A stretch of DNA of 39,007 bases from Fimbriimonadaceae bacterium (GTDB taxonomy: Bacteria; Armatimonadota; Fimbriimonadia; Fimbriimonadales; Fimbriimonadaceae). Under the pieces are notes generated by a model. That model was not told the DNA's origin, made no database searches, and saw only the letters and a list, made by a program, of their open reading frames with translations. The stretch's first letter is position 1; each line of letters starts with the position of its first letter. Position numbers and translations under genes: made by a program. Shown here one piece after another: positions 18,032 through 26,751 of this stretch. The stretch is taken from NCBI GenBank assembly GCA_025451715.1, contig JANWJY010000140.1:1-39007 (forward strand), written 5' to 3'.

Positions 18032-18826
18032 CTACGGGTACATCCACTTTTGCACGCTGAACATCGGTCGCTTCAGCTGTGCGAACAGCAACCGCTTGGT
18101 GTGCCCGTCTGCCCAGAGGGTCGTGGAGCCGTTCCTGTGAAGGAAGTTGAAGTGTTCGGCCAGGTATGGAAGATGGATCGGCGGGTTCTCTAACCAGTCC
18201 ACGCTCTGCAGGAAGTTGCACATCGGGACCCTCGCGTTGTGCTCCCACACCACGAGCGTCGTAGAGGGCTCCTCCATGAGCGAGTCACTGATCCCCGATG
18301 CGTTGACCAAACCGTTGGCGTCCGTCCATAGCTCGCCGGTTCCTGGGCCGAACTCCTGGCCCGCAGCGTCCGGGTTTGTCGTGTAATAGGCGGAAGGTGC
18401 GTACTTATTGAACATGTTGTACGCCATCGCCATCTGCCAGTCGCGCGGCTGCTCGGGGCAGACCTTGATCGGTTCGCTCTTGATGTAGGGGTCGATGAGG
18501 CCGGGCTTAGGGGGGTTGACCGCCGGCTTGTTGACCATACCGTGGTAACCGCCGAAGAGCGGGCTGTTGTTGTTGTCGTAGCCGAGCCAGAACGTCTGTG
18601 GCGCCCAGCCTGGCGAGCTATCGGCATAGACCGCCGCGGGCCATACGTCGTCGTAGTCTGCCCGGTACATCAACATGGCCATTCCGATCTGGCGCACGTG
18701 GACTACGCAGACGATCTGCTTCGCCGTCCGCTTGGCCTGGACGAACACGGGGAACAGGATGGCCGCCAGGATGGAGATGATAGCAATCACAACCAGCAGC
18801 TCGATCAGGGTGAACGCGCGCCTCAT
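18032..18826 (-). CDS. prepilin-type N-terminal domain / H-X9-DG protein (DUF1559-like)
   Basis: N-terminus RRAFTLIELLVVIAIISILAAILFPVF. C-terminal H-X9-DG motif (HRNGSTTLWADGH). Confidence 0.85.
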   Translation of the reverse strand: MRRAFTLIELLVVIAIISILAAILFPVFVQAKRTAKQIVCVVHVRQIGMAMLMYRADYDDVWPAAVYADSSPGWAPQTFWLGYDNNNSPLFGGYHGMVNKPAVNPPKPGLIDPYIKSEPIKVCPEQPRDWQMAMAYNMFNKYAPSAYYTTNPDAAGQEFGPGTGELWTDANGLVNASGISDSLMEEPSTTLVVWEHNARVPMCNFLQSVDWLENPPIHLPYLAEHFNFLHRNGSTTLWADGHTKRLLFAQLKRPMFSVQKWMYP

Positions 18827-18859
18827 GGGGTGCCTCTGGTAATAGCGTACGCCAAAGGG

Positions 18860-20227
18860 CTAGGAAATGGCGTCTTTGGTTGACAAACTTCTTGCCCAAA
18901 ACCATCTGAGGACGGCCAGCTCCGCCACGATCTGCACGGTCATCGCCAGTCCGATCATCAGGATCCCGTTCGCCCGGACGGCGACCCCAATACCAAGGGC
19001 TACGACAAGGGCGCTGATCGAGGCGACGATCGCGTAGAGCCGAGCCCGGGTCTGGTGATGGTACGTTAGCAGCCCCCTGAGGAACGAGGCGTGCGAGTTC
19101 ACTGCAGGGATCAGGACGCTGCTGAGCAGAGCGAACGCCGCGACGGAAGCGACCGACGGCTTGGAATCGAGCACGCGCTCGAAGAGGAGTTGCGCGCCAC
19201 CGGTGAAGTACATCAAGAGGATCGCCCCGGAGCACGCGAGGCCGACGTTGCGGCAGAACCGTCCCAGCTCCGCCTTTGTGCGGTCGTCCCTGTGGAGGGC
19301 GATCACTGTCTCCGGCAAAGCAAACGTAATCGAGCGGAACATGAACACGACGCTCATAGCAATGCCCCAGGCCGCGAGCGCCGTTTTGCCTTGCGGCGAG
19401 TTGTTCAGGGCCCAGGTGACGAGCGGCATCGAGAGGATCATCGTCATCGTCGCCAGCGTGAGAGGGAAGTGGAACGCGCAGAGCTGGCGCATCGATATCC
19501 CTTCGTCGGCGCTTGTCCCTGCCATCGGGTCGAGCCGCTCCCGGATCGTCGACTGCGTCGCGAAGTGGATGAACAGAGCCTCGGTGAACACCGAGCCGAC
19601 CAAGGCGATCGCCGCGAGGGTGAGGCCCGGCAGGCTCGTGTAGACGAACAGCAACGCGCCGATCAGAAGTACTGACAACACACGCACGGTCGTGCCGAGC
19701 CCGACAGGGCGCGTGTTGTCGTATCGGATCAGCACGCCGTGGTGGAACCTCCTCCAGCCGACGAACGCCGCCCAAGGGACCATGATCGCCATCGCGGGCC
19801 GAAGCACGACGGCCACGTCGTGCGGGGTGTCGAGCCAGCCTTCGACCAGCACCCAGTAGAACGGCGTCAAGGTGATTAATGCGTGAACGACCGCGGTCCA
19901 GAGCATCATCACCCCTGTGAAGCGGCGGAGTTGGACGAACGCCGCGTGGGTCTTGCTCAGGGTCGTCGAGGTCGAGAGCAGGTCGATGACCGGTGACTCG
20001 ATAAAGATCGAGAGCGCCATGAGCAGGGCCATTCCCGCCAGGCTGTCCTCCTCACCTGGCCTGCGTGAGATGAAGCCGCTCGTGATCGGCCCTTCGAGCG
20101 ACATGAAGATCCACGACACCGCAAGCGGGACGAAGAACTTGAGGATCCGCCTCTGGTCGATCGGTGGCTCTGTGGGACGAGGGTGCGGGCTCTCGATGGG
20201 GGTCTTGCCGACCGGCGTCTCGGACAA
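18860..20227 (-). CDS. multi-pass membrane protein, MATE/MOP-superfamily-like transporter
   Basis: 455 aa with about 12 hydrophobic segments. The N-terminal ILKFFVPLAVSWIFMSLEGPI resembles MATE-like exporters. Family assignment is tentative. Confidence 0.5.
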   Translation of the reverse strand: MSETPVGKTPIESPHPRPTEPPIDQRRILKFFVPLAVSWIFMSLEGPITSGFISRRPGEEDSLAGMALLMALSIFIESPVIDLLSTSTTLSKTHAAFVQLRRFTGVMMLWTAVVHALITLTPFYWVLVEGWLDTPHDVAVVLRPAMAIMVPWAAFVGWRRFHHGVLIRYDNTRPVGLGTTVRVLSVLLIGALLFVYTSLPGLTLAAIALVGSVFTEALFIHFATQSTIRERLDPMAGTSADEGISMRQLCAFHFPLTLATMTMILSMPLVTWALNNSPQGKTALAAWGIAMSVVFMFRSITFALPETVIALHRDDRTKAELGRFCRNVGLACSGAILLMYFTGGAQLLFERVLDSKPSVASVAAFALLSSVLIPAVNSHASFLRGLLTYHHQTRARLYAIVASISALVVALGIGVAVRANGILMIGLAMTVQIVAELAVLRWFWARSLSTKDAIS

Positions 20228-20294
20228 AGTCTAACGAGCTTACCGGTCAGGGGTTCGGCGCGCAGGGACGCGTGAAACAAACCGGACCCTCCGG

Positions 20295-20300
20295 TAGTAT
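20295..20300 (+). promoter_or_regulatory. putative -10 element (cGGTAGTAT), 8 nt from the ATG (leaderless candidate)
   Basis: Sequence is ccGGTAGTATctttcactATG. Confidence 0.35.
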
Positions 20301-20308
20301 CTTTCACT

Positions 20309-21355
20309 ATGTCCTCCCGAAGCCTGTTGATCGCCTCCGCCCTCGTTGCCACGCTGGTCGCTGGAGGGGCGACGCAACAGGCGCACCCTTCAGAGTTTGT
20401 CGATGAGAACTTGCTGCGGGGACACCTCTCCTTCATCGCATCCGACGCGCTCGAAGGTCGGGCGACGCCGAGCAAAGGGCTTGACATGGCTGCGGAGTAC
20501 ATCGCGGCGCAGTTCAGGACGGCGGGGCTCGAGGAGGTGAATGAGAGCTACTTCCAGCTCGCACCTGCACACCGCCTCAACCGCGAAGGGATGCCCGTGC
20601 TGAAGAACGTGGTCGGGATCCTGCGCGGTACCGACCCTGTTTTGAAGGACACGTACTTGCTTGTCACCGCGCACTACGACCACATCGGTATGAACCCGAA
20701 CGCACCGGGCGACGACAAGATCTTCAACGGCGCGAACGACGACGGGAGCGGCACGGTCGGCGTGATCGCGATCGCACAGGCGATGGGTCGGTCGAAAGTG
20801 CGGCCGAAGCGCAGCGTGTTGTTCATGTGCGTGTTCGGAGAGGAGCGAGGCATGCAGGGCTCGACGTTCTACGGACAGAACCCGCTCGTGCCGCTGATGA
20901 AGACGGTAGGGATGCTCAACATCGAGATGATCGGGCGGACCAACAAGGAGTCGGCCAAGAACGGACAGCTCGAAGATTGGACCGGTCGGCTTGGGGTCAC
21001 GGGGTTTGATTACTCGGACATGGGCTCACGCCTGGTCGCCTCGGGGAAGAAGGCCGGGATCGACGTGGTGATGGACCCGGACGCCAGCGGGCCGTTCTTC
21101 ATGCGGTCGGACAACCGCGCGATGGCCGGGTTCGGGATTCCCGCGCACACGGTGAGCGTCGGGTACGAAGACCCCGAGTACCACCAGGCGAACGACCACT
21201 GGGAAACGATCAACTATGCGAACATGGCAAAGGTCGTGCGCGCGCTGATGTACGCGACCCTTGACCTTGCGAACGACCCGGTGGAGCCCAAGTGGGCGGA
21301 CATCCCCGCGACGCAGCGATACCGCGAGGCTTGGGCGAAGTTGCACGGGGGATAG
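20309..21355 (+). CDS. M28 family metallopeptidase (secreted aminopeptidase-like)
   Basis: Signal-like N-terminus. Motifs LVTAHYDHIG, GANDDGSGTVGVIAIAQ and FGEERGMQGS. Confidence 0.85.
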   Translation: MSSRSLLIASALVATLVAGGATQQAHPSEFVDENLLRGHLSFIASDALEGRATPSKGLDMAAEYIAAQFRTAGLEEVNESYFQLAPAHRLNREGMPVLKNVVGILRGTDPVLKDTYLLVTAHYDHIGMNPNAPGDDKIFNGANDDGSGTVGVIAIAQAMGRSKVRPKRSVLFMCVFGEERGMQGSTFYGQNPLVPLMKTVGMLNIEMIGRTNKESAKNGQLEDWTGRLGVTGFDYSDMGSRLVASGKKAGIDVVMDPDASGPFFMRSDNRAMAGFGIPAHTVSVGYEDPEYHQANDHWETINYANMAKVVRALMYATLDLANDPVEPKWADIPATQRYREAWAKLHGG

Positions 21356-21386
21356 TGAAGAGAGCGGAGAGCAGAGAGCGGAGAGC
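21352..21386. repeat. tandem heptamer array (5 units)
   Basis: ATAGTGA AGAGAGC GGAGAGC AGAGAGC GGAGAGC. The first unit contains the TAG stop of the M28 gene. Confidence 0.75.
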
Positions 21387-21396
21387 CGAGCGGGTG

Positions 21397-21431
21397 CTCC
21401 TCTTCGCGACACTGACGTTCGCGAAGAGGAG
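21397..21431. terminator. bidirectional terminator-like hairpin between convergent genes
   Basis: Perfect 13-bp inverted repeat CTCCTCTTCGCGA (21397-21409) / TCGCGAAGAGGAG (21419-21431) with a 9-nt loop. No clear U-tract. Confidence 0.5.
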
Positions 21432-21439
21432 TCGTTGAC

Positions 21440-22951
21440 TTACTTGCCTGACTTGAGCCGTGCGTTGACCGCATCGAGCTGCTGTAGGACGGTGTCAAGC
21501 GACCACTTGCCATAGCCTTTTCGGTCGTGCTCGCGCTTGAGCCGCAGATCTTCCTCCAGCCACCGCTTCGCGTTCGGCCAGTCTTCGTAGTTTTGGAAGT
21601 GCCGGGCCAAAGTGGATGAGCGTGCCATGAGTGAGACCACCTCGTTGTTGAAGCCCGAGTAGTCGAGCCGGGCCATGTAGTCTGGTCGCAGGTCGCACGT
21701 CGGGGCACTGAAGCTGCCGCTCCAGACCTCCGTCAACGGCGGCAGGTGGTCGGGATCGACGCCTTCGGTGTTAGGCATGTAGCTGAACCACACTGTGCCG
21801 TCGGTGCGCTGGCCGCCGACGTATCCGCCGACGAACTGCACGATCTCATTTTCGGGTGTGAAGCGCGCTTCGACTCTGACCGTGCGCGGGCGCCATGGGG
21901 CTGTCGGGTTCAGAGGGACAAAGACCTCCTTCTCCAGCCTTCCGTCCTTTGACCTCTCGATGAACGGATCGTCGTGCCAATAGGTCTCCATTGGCGCCGT
22001 GTACTCGTTGCCGAGGTCGTCGGTGATGTGAAGCCTGAATCCGCGCCAAGTCTTCGACTTGTCGCCGATCTGGTACGCGACGAACACAGTGCCATCGCCA
22101 GCGACCTCGACGCTGCGAAGGACGAACGTTCCGGTCTTGGTCTCGATCGACGAGAGCGACTTCGAGGTCATCGTGTCGACGAGCCGTTGGTCGTACTCGT
22201 TCTTCGCCAGCGTAGGAACGCCTGCCTTCAAGGCAAAGTGGCTGGCAGTGAACCTCGGCGTGTAGTCGAACTCAGCAACACCGCTCAGTCGCCATCTGCC
22301 TCTCTCAAACGAGAATGCCTCAGACTTGATCGGCAACATCGATTCCTTGTCGGCGTACATCTTCGACCGACTGCGAAGGTTAGGGTCTTCGATCGTGGCG
22401 ATGACTACCGGCTTGCCGTCAAGCGCGCCGTCTGCGACGGTGACCTTGTGTCCCCAGCTCGCGACCATTTCGATCATTGAAGAGAGACCAAGTCCCTTGG
22501 AGTTGTACGAGAAGGGCCCTTCCGGCCTGTCCTCGACGATGTACGCGTTGGTCAGCGGGTCGTAGAGGTACAGCTTGCCGCCCAGATAGATCTGGGTCTC
22601 AAGTCCAGAAGCCTTCTGGAGTCTCCACTTCCCGCGGTCGTAGTCGATCGTGCCGGACTTCGTCCGTGTGCCGTCTTCGGCGACCGAGTACGACTGCATC
22701 CGCACAGTACTGACGTCCTCGAGCGCGCCCGACATCTGGTCGAGCACGCTGCGCGCTTGGGCCGTCGGCAGGACGAACACCAACAGTGCGACCACTGCTG
22801 CGCCGGTCAGGGCATACGACCACCCGCGACGAGACGTGCTTCGTGAGCCGCCCTTTGCGACCCGCTCATTGATCTTCTGCGTCAGGCCGATGTGTTCCGG
22901 CTCGGGCGTCATGGCGTCCTTGATCTGTCGTTCGAAACTGTTTTCGTTCAT
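21440..22951 (-). CDS. membrane-anchored putative anti-sigma factor with a large extracytoplasmic domain
   Basis: ATGA overlap with the upstream ECF sigma stop. Short cytoplasmic N-terminus, a TM segment (YALTGAAVVALLVFVL), then about 430 aa outside with a LolA-like beginning. The function of the large domain is unknown. Confidence 0.55.
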   Translation of the reverse strand: MNENSFERQIKDAMTPEPEHIGLTQKINERVAKGGSRSTSRRGWSYALTGAAVVALLVFVLPTAQARSVLDQMSGALEDVSTVRMQSYSVAEDGTRTKSGTIDYDRGKWRLQKASGLETQIYLGGKLYLYDPLTNAYIVEDRPEGPFSYNSKGLGLSSMIEMVASWGHKVTVADGALDGKPVVIATIEDPNLRSRSKMYADKESMLPIKSEAFSFERGRWRLSGVAEFDYTPRFTASHFALKAGVPTLAKNEYDQRLVDTMTSKSLSSIETKTGTFVLRSVEVAGDGTVFVAYQIGDKSKTWRGFRLHITDDLGNEYTAPMETYWHDDPFIERSKDGRLEKEVFVPLNPTAPWRPRTVRVEARFTPENEIVQFVGGYVGGQRTDGTVWFSYMPNTEGVDPDHLPPLTEVWSGSFSAPTCDLRPDYMARLDYSGFNNEVVSLMARSSTLARHFQNYEDWPNAKRWLEEDLRLKREHDRKGYGKWSLDTVLQQLDAVNARLKSGK

Positions 22952-23457
22952 TGGTTCTTCTCCGCGATCTTGCGGACCCGCTCTCTCGCGCGCTGGAGCA
23001 GACTGTTCGTGCCTGCGTACGTTCGGCCGAGGACCTCGGCGATCTCGGGGATGGATAGTTCCTCGAGGACTTGCAGTGTCAACGCGTCACGCTCGTCCGG
23101 CGGGAGTTGGAACAGGATGGCGAGCGCCTGCTGCGACTCGGTGCTCTGCACGAGCGCGCCGAACATGTCGGCGGTGTGGCCGTCAGTGGGCCTGAAACGC
23201 CAGAAGCCGCGCCTGCGGCGGTAGGCGTCTGCGATCTTTCTTCGTGCGATGCCGAGCAGCCAGAGGTGCGTCTCGCCCCGCTTCTTAGCCCAGTGGCGGT
23301 AGGCGTCGAGGAAGACCTCTGCGGTCACGTCCTCGGCGTCCTCTCGTGGCTTGATGCGCCGTGAGACGTAGGCGAACACCAGCGATTGGTGCGTCTGCCT
23401 TGCGTCTTGGAAGGTCTCTGCCGCCTGCGTGGTCTGTCGGGCTGTCTCGCTCACCAT
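22948..23457 (-). CDS. ECF (sigma-70 family) RNA polymerase sigma factor
   Basis: Region 2 (AEDVTAEVFLDAYRHW, WLLGIARRKIADAYRR) and region 4 (LSIPEIAEVLGRTYAGTNSLLQRARERV). Confidence 0.85.
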   Translation of the reverse strand: MVSETARQTTQAAETFQDARQTHQSLVFAYVSRRIKPREDAEDVTAEVFLDAYRHWAKKRGETHLWLLGIARRKIADAYRRRRGFWRFRPTDGHTADMFGALVQSTESQQALAILFQLPPDERDALTLQVLEELSIPEIAEVLGRTYAGTNSLLQRARERVRKIAEKNQ

Positions 23458-23559
23458 TTCGTTCCGTTCGAGCGTCCGCTCATTGTTGGTGTTCGCGGCT
23501 AGGGCTGGAATCTATCGGGAATTGAGCAAAGCGCGGTGCTGAAGGAGCGGCACCCTCCC

Positions 23560-24393
23560 CTAGACCCGCGACTCCTCAAGGTCCGTCGCCAGCGAAACCT
23601 CCTTCCACGCCTCGAAGTCGCGCTGCAACTGCGCGATCTTCTCGTTCGCCCACTCGTAGGCGTCGGGGCCGAGCAGGAGGCGCAGCGGCGGGTCCGGCGA
23701 ATCGACGACCCGGATCATCGCCCGGGCCGCCTTGACCGGGTCGCCAGCCTGTTTGCCGTCCACGTCGTCATAGGCGGCGATGCGCGCCTCGGTCAACTCC
23801 TTGTAGTCGCCCTCGTTGACGGGCGGCAACCCAAGTGACCGACCAGCGAAGTCCGTCCGAAAGCGCCCTGGCTCCACCAATGTCACACGCACACCGATCG
23901 GTGCGACCTCCGCAGCCATCGCCTCGCTGATCGCCTCCAGCGCGTGCTTGGTCGCGCAGTACATCCCGACGAACGGGTACGACGCGAGCCCCGCGATCGA
24001 AGAGAGCTGCAGCACGTGCCCGCTGCGCTGCTTTCGCATGACCGGCAGGACCTCGCGCTGCACGTTGAGCACGCCGAAAACGTTGGTGTCGAACTGTCTG
24101 CGCGCCCGCTCGTCGGAGAACTCCTCGATCACGCCCATCTCGCCGTAGCCGGCGTTGTTGACGAGCACGTCGATGCGCCCGAACCGCTTCATCGCCTCGG
24201 CGACCGCGGCCCTGATCGTCTCGGGCTTTGTGACGTCGAGCTCCGCCGCCAGACAGTCCCCGCTCTCAAGGTCCCGCACCGCCTCGACCTTCCGCGCCGT
24301 CGCGACGACCCTCTGCCCCTGCCGCAGCAGCTCCTCGCACAGCTCCCGCCCCAGCCCCGTCGAACTCCCCGTCACGAACCACACCCTGCTCAT
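23560..24393 (-). CDS. SDR family oxidoreductase
   Basis: TGSSTGLG cofactor motif, NNAG, and the YCATKHAL catalytic YxxxK. Start at ATG 24393 (MSRVWFVTG...). Confidence 0.85.
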   Translation of the reverse strand: MSRVWFVTGSSTGLGRELCEELLRQGQRVVATARKVEAVRDLESGDCLAAELDVTKPETIRAAVAEAMKRFGRIDVLVNNAGYGEMGVIEEFSDERARRQFDTNVFGVLNVQREVLPVMRKQRSGHVLQLSSIAGLASYPFVGMYCATKHALEAISEAMAAEVAPIGVRVTLVEPGRFRTDFAGRSLGLPPVNEGDYKELTEARIAAYDDVDGKQAGDPVKAARAMIRVVDSPDPPLRLLLGPDAYEWANEKIAQLQRDFEAWKEVSLATDLEESRV

Positions 24394-24421
24394 GGGGGAA
24401 AGGCTACCGTCTGGGGACGGC

Positions 24422-25444
24422 CTACTCTTCCGTGAAAAGGTCTGTCGGGCCATCACCCTTAAACAGCACGGTCGAAGGGGTCCAGTCTTTTGCGAAGGCG
24501 TCGGCTCTGGTCAACCACTCCTTTATTCGATCCTTTGGCTTTACGCTTTTGTCCCAGTACTCGACGAAAAGTTCGTCGGGCAGCTCCTTCGCTGCTTTTC
24601 GCATAAGGGACTCCACGTTTTGAAGCCCCTTGCGTACGTAATCTCCGCCTCTTTCGGTGCCGGCAGCACTCCCAGCAGAGAATAAGTCGCGAGTCTGCGA
24701 AGCCATCACATTGAAGTACTTGAGGAGAAAGAAGGCAACTCCTTTGTACTTGTTCTTGTCCCGAGAGCCGCCCACGATTTGAGGAAAAAGGAGGGAGGCC
24801 ACGGCACGAATCCATAGCCTCTCGTCCGGGGGTAGATTGGTATAGAGCTTTATCTCAAGCGGAATACCGGGAGCACTGTCATCCTCTAGCCACCATATGA
24901 CCTCACCGGGCTTCAGTCTGCCGCGAGCGTATTCGCGTACTTTCTTCATCTTCTGCTGCGGCTTGAGTTTGCAGAAATCTTCGTAAGACATGGACAGCCT
25001 TTCGAACAGGGGTGCTTTACCGGGCTCGTCGCTCATATCGACACAGAATCGTGGAGCGTGTGAAATACGAACGTGCGAAATCACCTGCTCGTACTTGCCC
25101 CATCGAACCGCCGGCATTCCCCCAGCTTTGCCAAACATAATCCATACTTCTTTAACGCTCTGATCCCGCATCCCCTCGAATACGCTGTTGCCCGTGCTCA
25201 GCCAACTGTCGTGGTCCGTGTACTTCACTTCAACACCGAAGCCGTTCGCGCAGATGTCTGGGAATGCGTGGCGGTGAAAACTGGGCTTCACCTTGATGTC
25301 GGAGTCGTGCGCGACTCGTTCAAGCACCTCAAGTACCCGGGCCGCGAATTTAGCAGGATCGTGATACTTCTTGCTCTCGAGAAGATCCGCGTTCAATTGT
25401 TCTGATGCCTTCGAAAGAAGGCTCTCGAATTCTGCCGTAGTCAT
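24422..25444 (-). CDS. putative type II restriction endonuclease (PD-ExK)
   Basis: FPD...GVEVK gives a PD-(D/E)xK-like arrangement near the N-terminus. The ATG forms an ATGA overlap with the stop of the adjacent C5-methyltransferase. Lower GC than surroundings. No other recognisable domain. Confidence 0.55.
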   Translation of the reverse strand: MTTAEFESLLSKASEQLNADLLESKKYHDPAKFAARVLEVLERVAHDSDIKVKPSFHRHAFPDICANGFGVEVKYTDHDSWLSTGNSVFEGMRDQSVKEVWIMFGKAGGMPAVRWGKYEQVISHVRISHAPRFCVDMSDEPGKAPLFERLSMSYEDFCKLKPQQKMKKVREYARGRLKPGEVIWWLEDDSAPGIPLEIKLYTNLPPDERLWIRAVASLLFPQIVGGSRDKNKYKGVAFFLLKYFNVMASQTRDLFSAGSAAGTERGGDYVRKGLQNVESLMRKAAKELPDELFVEYWDKSVKPKDRIKEWLTRADAFAKDWTPSTVLFKGDGPTDLFTEE

Positions 25445-26409
25445 TCCAAACAATCCGCAACCGACCGGGCGACGTGCCAGGCCAAGACGGGCGGTACTGC
25501 ATTGCCGACTTGTCGCTCTGTTTCTCGCAAGCGAGCTTCAAATACGAAATCATCCGGAAAGGACTGGATTCGCGCCGCCTCTCTCATGGAGATTCGGCGA
25601 TCTAGTTTGTAGTGAAACTGGATGTTGCCGTGGCATTCGGCGCGGATCGTGTCTGATGGCCGGTGCGCCTTGAGTTTTCTGCTCCCTTGATCGTGACTAG
25701 GACGTGCGCGGCTCCAAATGTGATTGGGAGCATCGTATTCGCGTTTTTTGATCAAGTCGGAAATCGCCTGCTCCGCAGTCATCCAATCACGTTTATCGAG
25801 CACCGGTTTGGGATGCTTGAAGAGGCGAACACCGGGGCGCGTACCCACGAAGAAAACGCGCTGACGCATTTGCGGCACACCGTAATCTGCCGCAAGGTAG
25901 AGCTCGTAGGAGACGTTGTATCCGAGGCCCTTGAACGACTTGATAATTTCATCAAGCGCGGCACGATTGTATTCTTGCAGGAGCCCTTTGACATTTTCGG
26001 CAATGAACACCTTCGGCTTTGTGCGACCAACGGCGGCGACCATTGCTCGATAGAGACCACTACGCTCACCCGCTGCGCCCGTTCGCTTGCCGTTGATCGA
26101 AAAATCCTGACACGGGAAGCCGCCAATCAGGACGTCAGCCCGTTTCGGCATGTCCTCAATCGTCTCCCAAATGTCGCCGCAGACGATGTGCCCTCCGATG
26201 TTGCGCCGATACGTTCTGCACGCGGCAGGGTTGAGATCGTTGGCCCAAGTGACGCGAAACGGGTTCCGCCGATAGCGTTTTCCGAAGACCTCGAAGCCGC
26301 CTTGAAAACCGAGATCGAGGCCACCACAGCCAGAGAACAGAGATACGACTTTGTGCTCCCTCAGAGCCGGAGAGAGCACCATTCTACGACTTAGGTCTGC
26401 GACGGCCAT
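25441..26409 (-). CDS. dcm: DNA (cytosine-5)-methyltransferase
   Basis: Canonical motifs: I (LFSGCGGLDLGF), IV (GGFPCQDFS), VI (ENVKGL), VIII (QMRQRVFFVG), IX and X (SFPDDFVF, QVGNAVPP). Start taken at ATG 26409; the track ORF starts at a TTG at 26457. Confidence 0.92.
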   Translation of the reverse strand: MAVADLSRRMVLSPALREHKVVSLFSGCGGLDLGFQGGFEVFGKRYRRNPFRVTWANDLNPAACRTYRRNIGGHIVCGDIWETIEDMPKRADVLIGGFPCQDFSINGKRTGAAGERSGLYRAMVAAVGRTKPKVFIAENVKGLLQEYNRAALDEIIKSFKGLGYNVSYELYLAADYGVPQMRQRVFFVGTRPGVRLFKHPKPVLDKRDWMTAEQAISDLIKKREYDAPNHIWSRARPSHDQGSRKLKAHRPSDTIRAECHGNIQFHYKLDRRISMREAARIQSFPDDFVFEARLRETERQVGNAVPPVLAWHVARSVADCLE

Positions 26410-26500
26410 ACGCCAATTGTGACGGATTTCTGCCCGGGTTTGACGCTCACAGGACAAAAATACTGGAAATTCGTCTACCTCTTTTACAATCCTAGGTTCA

Positions 26501-26731
26501 AATGAGCCTGGCTAGAGCCGATTTGAGCCTGATTTGAACCTCTCCAAGCCCTTGGAGAGCCTCTTGGGAGGCTTAGAGAACCCCTCCAAAGCCTTGAAGA
26601 GCCTCTTTGGAGCCTTGGAGAACCCCTCCAAAGCCTTGAAGAGCCTCTTTGGAGCCTTGGAGAACCCCTCCGGACCCTTGGAGAGGTGCGGAAAGGGCTT
26701 GGAGAACCCCTCCGCTTGCATCCCTGGCCTC
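26501..26731. repeat. array of about 11 tandem 21-bp units (two alternating types form a 42-bp repeat) with 10-11 bp sub-periodicity
   Basis: Core is TCCAAAGCCTTGAAGAGCCTC + TTTGGAGCCTTGGAGAACCCC, repeated perfectly twice (26585-26668) and degenerating on both sides. AGCC/AACC cores sit at 26505, 516, 526, 536, 547, 558, 569, 579, 590, 600, 611, 621, 632, 642, 653, 663 and 674. Confidence 0.9.
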
Positions 26732-26751
26732 TCCGGTGGAAAACTCGGGGC

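Noticed and set aside
18618-19775. 385-aa minus-strand ORF overlapping the MATE-like gene
   Set aside because: This is an alternative frame of the same strand. It gives an Arg/Pro/Asp-rich low-complexity translation, whereas the 18860-20227 frame gives clean TM helices.
23458-23559. ECF-type autoregulatory promoter (GAAC-N16-CGCT) upstream of the second sigma gene
   Set aside because: The match to GGAAC/CGTC-type ECF promoters is too weak and ambiguous to call by eye.
26501-26731. CRISPR array
   Set aside because: The repeats are contiguous, with no unique spacers. Units are 21 bp and decay gradually, and no cas genes are present.
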